In this document: positions 22,827-30,646 of the stretch, one piece after another | Position numbering within the stretch: the first letter of the stretch is position 1 | How the letters are laid out: the number at the start of each line of letters is the position of its first letter | Assembly: GCA_038316355.1 (NCBI GenBank) | Contig: JBBQAO010000009.1 | Location: 9,336 to 73,335, forward strand | Length of the DNA: 64,000 nucleotides | Source of the DNA: Burkholderiales bacterium | Lineage (GTDB): Bacteria > Pseudomonadota > Gammaproteobacteria > Burkholderiales > SG8-41 | Direction of reading: 5' to 3' | Translations under genes and position numbers: made by a program | Notes under the pieces: generated by a model | Told to the model about the DNA's origin: nothing | Database searches by the model: none | The model's input: the letters and a program-made list of their open reading frames with translations, nothing else

Positions 22827-23881
22827 GCGGCGTCGGCGTCGGCTTTCCGTTGCGTCGTTGTTTTGCGCCCGGCGCTGTTTTCGACGTGTTCCATCACCGC
22901 AAATGTCATCGCCCGGCATCCTTCTCCTGTCAGCGCTGAAATATTAAAGCTTTTGCGTTTGATGCCCAACTTTTTCAGCAGCGCCTGCACCAGTTTGCCG
23001 CGCTCGGCTTCGGGAATCAGGTCGAGTTTGTTGAACACCAGCCAGCGTGGCTTGCGATACAGGGCTTCGTCATATTTGCGCAGCTCGCGCACCAGGGCCT
23101 TGGCGTCGCGCACCACATCGGCTGCGGGGTCGGGCGGCATGACATCGATGATGTGCAGCAACAGCCGCGTGCGCGCGAGGTGGCGCAGGAACTGGTGGCC
23201 CAGTCCCGCGCCTTCGGCGGCACCTTCGATCAGCCCCGGGATGTCGGCGACGACGAAACTGCGGTTATCGTCGACGCGCACCACGCCCAGATTGGGCTGC
23301 AGGGTCGTAAACGGATAATCAGCAACCTTCGGCCGTGCCGCGGAGATCGCGCGGATCAGCGTCGATTTGCCCGCATTGGGCAGACCGAGCAGGCCGACGT
23401 CGGCAAGCACCTTCAGCTCAAGCTGAAGATAACGCGAAACACCGGGGCCGCCGACGGTGAACTGCCGCGGCGCACGGTTGGTGCTGGATTTGAAGTGCAG
23501 GTTGCCGAGGCCGCCGTTGCCGCCCTGGGCCAGCGTCACCCGTTCACCGTCATGTGCCAGGTCAAACAGGATTTCGCCGGTCTCGGCGTCGCTGACCACG
23601 GTGCCCACGGGCATGCGCAGTACGATGTCCGCCGCGGCGCGGCCGAAACAGTCCGAGCCCATGCCTTTCTGGCCGTTTTTTGCACGGTGGATGCGGGCGT
23701 AGCGATAGTCGATCAGCGTGTTGATGTTGCGATCGGCCACGGCAAAAATGCTGCCGCCGCGACCACCATCGCCACCGTCGGGTCCGCCGCGCGGCACGAA
23801 TTTTTCGCGACGGAAACTGGCAACACCGTCGCCACCCTTGCCGGCATGCACTTCAATCCGCGCTTCATCAATGAATTTCAT
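22823..23881 (-). CDS. obgE: GTPase ObgE/CgtA
   Basis: [19 protein letters not shown] Obg fold, G1 [18 protein letters not shown]. Confidence 0.95.
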   Translation of the reverse strand: MKFIDEARIEVHAGKGGDGVASFRREKFVPRGGPDGGDGGRGGSIFAVADRNINTLIDYRYARIHRAKNGQKGMGSDCFGRAAADIVLRMPVGTVVSDAETGEILFDLAHDGERVTLAQGGNGGLGNLHFKSSTNRAPRQFTVGGPGVSRYLQLELKVLADVGLLGLPNAGKSTLIRAISAARPKVADYPFTTLQPNLGVVRVDDNRSFVVADIPGLIEGAAEGAGLGHQFLRHLARTRLLLHIIDVMPPDPAADVVRDAKALVRELRKYDEALYRKPRWLVFNKLDLIPEAERGKLVQALLKKLGIKRKSFNISALTGEGCRAMTFAVMEHVENSAGRKTTTQRKADADAA

Positions 23882-23892
23882 GGCATTCCCCA

Positions 23893-23921
23893 AATAAAAA
23901 AGCCCTGTCGTTCAACAGGGC
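23893..23921 (-). terminator. rho-independent terminator between rpmA and obgE
   Basis: On the minus strand: GCCCTG-ttgaacga-CAGGGC followed by TTTTTTATTT. Confidence 0.7.
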
Positions 23922-23944
23922 CTCTTCAGCACTACAGCAAGAGA

Positions 23945-24202
23945 TCAGGCGGGAACGACGCTCACGGTCTGACGCTGTTGCGGGCCCTTGTGCGCGAACT
24001 GCACACGACCGTCGACTTTGGCGAACAGCGTGTGGTCGCGGCCGATACCGACGTTTTCGCCGGGGTGCATGCGCGTGCCGCGCTGACGCACGATGATGCT
24101 GCCGGCGGGGATCAGTTCACCGCCGAAACATTTGACGCCGAGGCGTTTTGCCTGCGAATCGCGACCGTTACGGGAACTGCCGCCTGCTTTTTTATGTGCC
24201 AT
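23945..24202 (-). CDS. rpmA: 50S ribosomal protein L27
   Basis: [16 protein letters not shown]... Confidence 0.97.
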   Translation of the reverse strand: MAHKKAGGSSRNGRDSQAKRLGVKCFGGELIPAGSIIVRQRGTRMHPGENVGIGRDHTLFAKVDGRVQFAHKGPQQRQTVSVVPA

Positions 24203-24214
24203 GGTGTGTGCTCC

Positions 24215-24526
24215 TTAGCCCGCGATGCCGGTGATTTCGAGCTCGGTGAAATTCTGCCGGTGGCCCTGGGTTTTGCGATAGTGCTTGCGCCGGCGCATCT
24301 TGAAAATGTGAATCTTGTCGCCGCGTCCCTGCGACAGCACTTTGGCTTTGACAGCGGCACCCGACAACAGCGGGGTGCCGAGTTTGACGCTGCCGTCTTC
24401 GGCAATCATCAGAACCTGGTCGAGAGTGACTTCCGACCCGACTTCGGCCGTCAGTTGTTCGACCTTGATTTTGGTGCCAGCGCTCACGCGATACTGTTTG
24501 CCGCCGGTCTTGACTACCGCATACAT
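24215..24526 (-). CDS. rplU: 50S ribosomal protein L21
   Basis: [14 protein letters not shown]... Confidence 0.97.
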   Translation of the reverse strand: MYAVVKTGGKQYRVSAGTKIKVEQLTAEVGSEVTLDQVLMIAEDGSVKLGTPLLSGAAVKAKVLSQGRGDKIHIFKMRRRKHYRKTQGHRQNFTELEITGIAG

Positions 24527-24729
24527 GGAAAACCTCTCTCAGCTCGGACTACGGAAAGCCCGCGATTATACAAGTCGGAAGCGGATGAGTCAAAACTTCC
24601 GGACAGTCATTTCCCGGTAAATAGTCCAGCAAAATCAATGGATTGCAGATGATTGCCGGGCTGCGTCAGCGGCCGGCACTGTGCCCGGGGTTTCGCGATG
24701 TTGTTATCATCCCGGTTTTTGCCCGCTCC

Positions 24730-25698
24730 GTGTTCCTCGAAAACCTCAGCAAACTGCTCGCCGCCGACATGCACGCCGTGGATCAGGTGATCCGCGATCG
24801 CCTGCATTCGGAAGTGGCGCTGATCCGCCAGGTGGCTGAATACATCATCGGCGGCGGCGGCAAACGGCTGCGCCCGGCGCTGGTGCTGCTGTCCGCCGGA
24901 GCGCTGGGTTATCGCGGTACTGCCCACCATACGCTGGCTGCCGTCGTCGAGTTCATCCATACCGCAACGCTGCTCCATGACGATGTGGTCGATGAATCGG
25001 CGCTGCGGCGCGGGCGCCCCACGGCCAATACCCTGTTCGGCAACGCGGCGTCAGTGCTGGTCGGTGATTTCGTCTACTCCCGTGCGTTTCAGATGATGGT
25101 GAACGTCGATGACATGCGTGTGCTGCGGGTGCTTGCCGACGCGACCAACGTCATCGCCGAGGGCGAGGTGCTGCAGTTGATGAATTGCCGCAATGCCGAT
25201 ATCAACGAGGCCAGCTACCTTCAGGTCATACGCTACAAAACGGCCAAGTTGTTCGAGGCCGCGAGCCGGCTCGGGGCGCTGCTGGCGGGGGCGCCGCCGG
25301 CGGTGGAAGAGGCGATGGCGGCCTATGGCAGTCATCTGGGCACGGCATTCCAGCTGATTGATGATGTGCTGGATTATTCCGGGGACTCCGGCGCCATTGG
25401 CAAAAACGTGGGTGATGATCTTGCCGAAGGCAAGCCCACCCTGCCGTTGATCCGCGTCATCCAGCATGGCGCCCCTGAGGAGGCGGCGCTGGTACGCGCT
25501 GCCCTGGTATCCGGCGGGCTGGATGACCTGGATCGTGTGATGGCGGCGATCCGCTGCTCCGGGGCGCTGGACTACACACGCCGGCAGGCCGAGGCAGAGG
25601 CGCGCGCGGCAGGCGTGGCATTGGATTCGATTCCATCCACGCAGTACCGGGATTTTTTGTTACAATTAACGGAGTTCGCGGTGACGCGGACGCATTGA
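24730..25698 (+). CDS. ispB: octaprenyl diphosphate synthase
   Basis: Polyprenyl synthase motifs LLHDDVVDES and QLIDDVLD. A GTG start at 24730 gives 322 aa, the usual IspB size. The track start at 24643 adds 29 non-conserved-looking residues. Confidence 0.9.
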   Translation: MFLENLSKLLAADMHAVDQVIRDRLHSEVALIRQVAEYIIGGGGKRLRPALVLLSAGALGYRGTAHHTLAAVVEFIHTATLLHDDVVDESALRRGRPTANTLFGNAASVLVGDFVYSRAFQMMVNVDDMRVLRVLADATNVIAEGEVLQLMNCRNADINEASYLQVIRYKTAKLFEAASRLGALLAGAPPAVEEAMAAYGSHLGTAFQLIDDVLDYSGDSGAIGKNVGDDLAEGKPTLPLIRVIQHGAPEEAALVRAALVSGGLDDLDRVMAAIRCSGALDYTRRQAEAEARAAGVALDSIPSTQYRDFLLQLTEFAVTRTH

Positions 25699-25748
25699 AG
25701 GGCACGCGCAACGTGCCCTTCTTGTTTGCAAAACTTGTTTGTGAAAAT

Positions 25749-25825
<77 letters not shown>

Positions 25826-25891
25826 CGATTTTCTGGATGCCGTCCGGTCGACTCTGACCGGAGTGGTCTTTCCAATCCCGGAGTGTTACTG

Positions 25892-26425
25892 ATGGCCCGC
25901 GTAGCCTATGGCGACGAGAACAGCAGTCCGACCGTGCGGACGCTGGCGGATCAGATTCGCAAGGAGCGCGACGGGCGCATGCTCAATCTGTACAGCATGT
26001 TGCTCAACGCACCGCCGGTGGCCCAGGGCTGGCTCGCGCTGTTTACCGCGATTCGCCAGCAGTGCACGCTGCGCGGGGACTACCGCGAACTGGTCATTTT
26101 GCGCGTGGCGTTGCTGAACGGCGCTTCTTACGAATATCAGGTACACGTGCCGTTTGCGCTGCGCGAAGGTGTCACCCAGGAGCAGCTCGACACGCTGGAT
26201 CGCTGGCAGGATTCCGGCGTGCTGACGCCTGCGCAACGGGCGGTGCTGGCCTATACCGACGCCATGACGCGGGACATCCATGTGCCCGACGCTGTTTTCG
26301 AGGCCTTGCGCGGGCATTTCAACCAGCGCGAAATCGTCGAACTGACGGCGACCATCGGGGGCTACAATCTGGTGTCGCGTTTCCTGGAGGCACTGGCCGT
26401 GGACCCGGAGTCGGCGCACGCTTGA
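25892..26425 (+). CDS. carboxymuconolactone decarboxylase (AhpD-like) family protein
   Basis: 177 aa with the CMD-family pattern (LYSMLLNAPPVAQGW, VALLNGASYEYQVH, ELTATIGGYNLVSRF). Confidence 0.75.
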   Translation: MARVAYGDENSSPTVRTLADQIRKERDGRMLNLYSMLLNAPPVAQGWLALFTAIRQQCTLRGDYRELVILRVALLNGASYEYQVHVPFALREGVTQEQLDTLDRWQDSGVLTPAQRAVLAYTDAMTRDIHVPDAVFEALRGHFNQREIVELTATIGGYNLVSRFLEALAVDPESAHA

Positions 26426-26487
26426 CGTGCGCCCCGCGCAGCGGCTGGTCGCCGCCCGCGCCAGGTTGTCCGGCAGTTGAAGCATCA

Positions 26488-26718
26488 ATGGCCAAGATTC
26501 TGCTCATCGCAATTGCTTTCGCGGCAGTGTTCTGGCTGCTGCGCAACCATCGCCGGCGAGCGGATCGCAGTGCAGAGCCGCCTCCGGACCCGAAGGCCGA
26601 AGACATGGTGGATTGCGCGCATTGCGGCTTGCACCTGCCGCGGGGCGAAGGCATTGTGTCCGGATCCCGCTACTTCTGCTCCGCGGAACATGAGCGGGAT
26701 TTCCGCGCAAAACGCTGA
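26488..26718 (+). CDS. PP0621-family small membrane-anchored Cys protein
   Basis: 76 aa with an N-terminal TM segment and CAHCGLHLP...YFCSAEH zinc-ribbon-like Cys/His residues. It is encoded immediately upstream of the kinase / sigma-54 regulator pair. Confidence 0.65.
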   Translation: MAKILLIAIAFAAVFWLLRNHRRRADRSAEPPPDPKAEDMVDCAHCGLHLPRGEGIVSGSRYFCSAEHERDFRAKR

Positions 26719-26727
26719 GCGCACCTG

Positions 26728-28341
26728 ATGATCTCCGTCGGACAACACTCCATGCGGCCGGATTTCCGGGACGCCGAAGGCGCCCACCGGACGCAGGACA
26801 CCTATTGGCGCTCGTTACAATTGTTCAATGGTTATCGTGCGGCCGCTGCGCTGCTGTTGCTGCTGGCCGGCGGTTTCTGGGGCAGCACTCTGCAGTTCGG
26901 CTCTCGGGATCTGCGGCTGTTCCTGATCGGTGCCGCCAGTTATGCCGCATTTGCGCTGGCGATGTTCGTGGTCATCCGCACTCGCGAGCGGTTTACCTGG
27001 CAACTGGCGATCCAGGTCGGCGGCGATATCGGCTTTGTCGTGTTGCTGATGTATGCCAGCGGCGGCTTGTCGAGCGGCCTGGGGCTGCTGCTGCTGACCT
27101 CGCTGGCCGCCGCAGGGCTGGTCAGCCGCGGCCAGTTGACGCTGTTCTTTGCCGCGATCGCGACCATTGCGGTGCTGCTGGAACATACCTACGAGGTGTT
27201 GCGATTTTCCGAGAACGGTGCGCAGTATGCGCAGGCCGGTCTGCTGTCCATTGCCTATTTCGCGACTGCCTGGCTCGCCCATACCCTGGCCACGCGCTCG
27301 CTGGCGAGCGAACGGCTTGCGGCACAACGCGAAATCGACCTGGCCAACATGGCGCAGGTTAACCAGCTGGTGATCCAGGACATGGAACATGGCGTGATCG
27401 TCGTTGACGGCGAGGGCATCGTGCGCCAGGTCAATACCGCTGCGGAGCGCATGATCGGCGGTCTGCGCGGCGGCGGGGTGGTGGCGCTGAAGGACCGCGC
27501 CCCCGCGCTGCATGCCCGCGTCGAGACCTGGTTGCACGATCAGCAGGGCCGAGAAACCCCGGACGCTTTCGAGCTCGGATCGCATCTGCGCGCAAGGCTG
27601 GTGCCGGTTGCAGCGCGGCGCGGTGCCGGTGCGGTTATTTTTCTGGAAGACCTGGCGCGTATCCAGGCCGAGGCCCGGCAACTGAAGCTTGCCGCGCTTG
27701 GGCGGTTGACGGCAAACATTGCCCACGAAATCCGCAACCCGCTGGGCGCCATCAGCCATGCCGCGGAATTGTTGCAGGAGGAGCCCGAGATTTCCCCCGG
27801 GGCACAACGCCTGACGACGATCATCCGCGACAATACCCGCCGGCTCGACCGCATGATCAACGACGTGCAGACGCTGAACCGGGGGGAGCGCGCCATGCGC
27901 GAGCGCTTCCATCTGGCGACTTACCTGCAGACATTTGTCGAGCAGTTTGCCGCAACGGAAAAACTGGCGGCGAACGTGATTGAGCTGAATCTGACGACAG
28001 ATCCCCATGTCATGTTCGACCGCGATCACCTGAACCAGGTGTTGTGGAACCTGTGTCAGAACGCGTTGCGCCATTCGCAGCGCGGCCCCGGCAGCATCAG
28101 CCTCGTGGTGGGGCGGGCCAGCCTTGGCAATGCGGTAAGATTGGACGTCATTGATGACGGTCCCGGGTTGCCGTCTGAGTCGCGCAGCAAATTGTTCGAG
28201 CCGTTTTTCACCACCTCGCCCGGCGGCACCGGACTGGGCCTTTATCTGGCGCGGGAGATTTGTGAAGCGAACGGCGCCATGCTCGAATACGTGGATTCGG
28301 CCAGAGGTGCGCGGTTCTCGGTAACCTGCACTGCGGGTTAA
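26728..28341 (+). CDS. two-component sensor histidine kinase (PilS/NtrB-like, multi-TM N-terminus)
   Basis: About six TM helices, a PAS-like segment, H-box HEIRNPLGAISH, N/G boxes and GTGLGLYLAREI. Confidence 0.9.
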   Translation: MISVGQHSMRPDFRDAEGAHRTQDTYWRSLQLFNGYRAAAALLLLLAGGFWGSTLQFGSRDLRLFLIGAASYAAFALAMFVVIRTRERFTWQLAIQVGGDIGFVVLLMYASGGLSSGLGLLLLTSLAAAGLVSRGQLTLFFAAIATIAVLLEHTYEVLRFSENGAQYAQAGLLSIAYFATAWLAHTLATRSLASERLAAQREIDLANMAQVNQLVIQDMEHGVIVVDGEGIVRQVNTAAERMIGGLRGGGVVALKDRAPALHARVETWLHDQQGRETPDAFELGSHLRARLVPVAARRGAGAVIFLEDLARIQAEARQLKLAALGRLTANIAHEIRNPLGAISHAAELLQEEPEISPGAQRLTTIIRDNTRRLDRMINDVQTLNRGERAMRERFHLATYLQTFVEQFAATEKLAANVIELNLTTDPHVMFDRDHLNQVLWNLCQNALRHSQRGPGSISLVVGRASLGNAVRLDVIDDGPGLPSESRSKLFEPFFTTSPGGTGLGLYLAREICEANGAMLEYVDSARGARFSVTCTAG

Positions 28342-28386
28342 TGGGGCAACCAGCGGGGGCAACCAGCGGGGGCAAACAGCGGAGGG

Positions 28387-29760
28387 GTGAAAGTGGCAAC
28401 GGGTCAGGTACTGGTTGTCGATGATGAAGCGGACATCCGGGAGTTGCTCGGCATCACGTTGCTGCGCATGGGCCTGGAGCCGCACTGCGCGGGCAGCGTG
28501 TCCGAAGCCCTGTCCTTGCTCGGGAGCAATTCTTTCGAGCTTTGTCTCACCGACATGCGGCTGGCCGACGGTGACGGACTGTCGATCGTCGAGCACATCA
28601 CGCGGAATCATCCCAGCCTGCCGGTGGCGGTGATTACTGCGCACGGCAGTGCCGAGAACGCAGTGGCCGCACTCAAGGCCGGAGCCTTTGATTATCTCGG
28701 CAAACCGGTATCGCTGGATCAGTTGCGGGCGTTGGTACGTTCCGCGCTGAAGCTGCCTCGCCCGGGCGGTGAACGTCAGGATCCGGATATCGCGCAGTCT
28801 GAATCCAGCGGCCCCTGCCTGATCGGCGATTCGCCGCTGATGGCGCAGGCGCGGCAGATGATCGACAAGCTGGCGCGCAGCCAGGCGCCGGTGCAGATTC
28901 GCGGCGAATCGGGTTCCGGCAAGGAACTGGCAGCGCGGCGGATACACCAGAACGGCGCGCGGCGCGATAGTCCTTTTGTCGCGGTCAATTGCGGTGCGAT
29001 TCCGGAAAACCTGATGGAGTCCGAATTTTTCGGCCACAAGAAGGGCTCATTCACCGGGGCTTTGGCGGACCATGACGGTTTTTTCCAGGCGGCTGACGGC
29101 GGCACCCTGTTTCTCGACGAAGTCGGTGATCTGCCGTTGTCGATGCAGGTGAAGCTGCTGCGTGTCATCCAGGAAAAACGCGTGCGCCGGGTTGGTTCTA
29201 CCGCCGAGGAGCCGGTGGATGTGCGCATCATCAGCGCGACGCACCGCCACCTCGCCGAAGAAGTGAAAAGCGGCGCGTTCCGGCAGGATCTGTATTACCG
29301 CCTGAACGTGATTGAATTGCGCATGCCGGCATTGCGTGAATTGCGTGAAGACATTACGCAACTTGCCGCCGCAATACTCGCGCGCCACGCCGGCGAGGGG
29401 CGGGCGCCGCGGCTGTCGGCGCAGGCTGAAGCGGCACTGCAGGCCTATCATTTTCCGGGCAACGTGCGCGAACTGGAAAACATCCTGGAGCGCGCGGTGG
29501 CGCTGGTCAGCGCTGACGAGATTGCAATCGATGATCTGCAGTTGTCGGACGAACGCGCTGCCGAGCAGGAAGTCGATGTCGAGGGCCTGCCGCTGCCCGA
29601 ACGGCTTGAGGCCATTGAGCGCAAGGCCATACTCGATGCCCTCGAACGGGCCCGCTACAACCAGACCGCGGCGGCCAAGCTGCTGGGCATTTCCTTCCGC
29701 GCCTTGCGTTACCGCATCCAGCGCCTGGGCATCAAGCAGGAACTGGATGCCAGGTCCTGA
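28387..29760 (+). CDS. sigma-54-dependent response regulator (NtrC/PilR family)
   Basis: REC domain (VLVVDDE, CLTDMRLADGDG), AAA+ domain (GESGSGKE, ESEFFGHKKGSFTGA, RQDLYYRL) and a Fis-type HTH. GTG start. Confidence 0.93.
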   Translation: MKVATGQVLVVDDEADIRELLGITLLRMGLEPHCAGSVSEALSLLGSNSFELCLTDMRLADGDGLSIVEHITRNHPSLPVAVITAHGSAENAVAALKAGAFDYLGKPVSLDQLRALVRSALKLPRPGGERQDPDIAQSESSGPCLIGDSPLMAQARQMIDKLARSQAPVQIRGESGSGKELAARRIHQNGARRDSPFVAVNCGAIPENLMESEFFGHKKGSFTGALADHDGFFQAADGGTLFLDEVGDLPLSMQVKLLRVIQEKRVRRVGSTAEEPVDVRIISATHRHLAEEVKSGAFRQDLYYRLNVIELRMPALRELREDITQLAAAILARHAGEGRAPRLSAQAEAALQAYHFPGNVRELENILERAVALVSADEIAIDDLQLSDERAAEQEVDVEGLPLPERLEAIERKAILDALERARYNQTAAAKLLGISFRALRYRIQRLGIKQELDARS

Positions 29761-29769
29761 GGGGCGGTC

Positions 29770-30306
29770 ATGAATATCGACGCTCCCGGATTGGCAGACG
29801 AAGCTCTCTATATCGCCTCGCCGAATTGCGACGAGCGGCCGCCCGATACAGCCATCGAGTTGCTGGTCATCCACAACATCTGCCTGCCGCCGGGTGCATT
29901 CGGCGGCACCGCGGTCGCGGACCTGTTCCTGAACCGGCTGGATCCAGCGGCACATCCGTATTTCGCCACCATCGCCGGCTTGCAGGTATCCGCGCATTTT
30001 TTCATCCGCCGCGACGGCGCCCTGCTGCAGTTCGTACCCTGCGCGCTGCGCGCCTGGCATGCCGGACAATCGTTGTGGTGCGGGCGCGGGCGCTGCAATG
30101 ATTATTCGATCGGCATCGAGCTCGAAGGCACGGATGACATGGCGTTCAGTGCCGCCCAGTACGACCGGCTGGGGGTGCTCGCCCGCGCCCTCCATGATCG
30201 ATATCCGATCACCGCCAGCGTCGGGCACTCCGACATTGCGCCGGGCCGCAAGACCGATCCTGGACCGCATTTTGACTGGCCGCGTTATCGGGCCAGCCTG
30301 CGGTAG
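29770..30306 (+). CDS. ampD: 1,6-anhydro-N-acetylmuramyl-L-alanine amidase
   Basis: Amidase_2 fold with SPNCDERP, LLVIHNICLPPG, AWHAG, GHSDIAPGRKTDPG. Confidence 0.9.
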   Translation: MNIDAPGLADEALYIASPNCDERPPDTAIELLVIHNICLPPGAFGGTAVADLFLNRLDPAAHPYFATIAGLQVSAHFFIRRDGALLQFVPCALRAWHAGQSLWCGRGRCNDYSIGIELEGTDDMAFSAAQYDRLGVLARALHDRYPITASVGHSDIAPGRKTDPGPHFDWPRYRASLR

Positions 30307-30503
30307 CCGGAACCCCCCTCACAAGCAACGTCGTTGGGCGGCATCCGGAAGCGGCTTTTCGCAATTCCTTGATTTTCATCGTTTGGTGCACCACAGCGTG
30401 GCGGCCCGGGCATTTTGCTGCCCACTTTTTGTGCAATAAATCCGGTGCTTGGCGCTGTTTCCTGTTGTTTCTCAATAACTTTTAAAAAAAACGTCAAAAC
30501 CTA

Positions 30504-30532
30504 TTGCGGATTCAAAACACGGCCACTAGAAT
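30504..30532 (+). promoter_or_regulatory. candidate sigma-70 promoter of nrdAB (-35 TTGCGG, 17-bp spacer, -10 TAGAAT)
   Basis: Hexamers at 30504-30509 and 30527-30532. This would give a 5' UTR of roughly 105-110 nt before ATG 30647. Confidence 0.5.
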
Positions 30533-30569
30533 TGGTCGAAATTAATGCGCGAACCACAACATATAGTGG
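30523..30569 (+). promoter_or_regulatory. tandem NrdR-box-like operator (box 1 overlapping -10, box 2 CCACAACATATAGTGG)
   Basis: Box 2 (30554-30569) fits the recalled NrdR consensus acaCwAtATaTwGtgt well. Box 1 (CCACTAGAATTGG, 30523-30535) fits more weakly. The box centres are about 32 bp apart, the usual tandem spacing. Confidence 0.55.
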
Positions 30570-30646
30570 TCGTGCCGTGGTTATCGGGCTGGGAGCGCTG
30601 GTGTTCCTGGGGGTTAGAAAACCTAAAAAAACCAAGGAGTAACGTT

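Noticed and set aside
25843-25862. Hairpin TCCGGTC-gactct-GACCGGA after tRNA-Pro as a terminator.
   Set aside because: The stem is only 7 bp and no U-tract follows (GTGGTCTTTCC). It is too weak to call.
30415-30642. 75-aa ORF in the nrdA leader, and the 34 extra N-terminal codons of the nrdA track ORF (30545).
   Set aside because: Both overlap the promoter/operator region. nrdA has a strong AAGGAG Shine-Dalgarno before ATG 30647, and conserved NrdA sequence begins only after that point.
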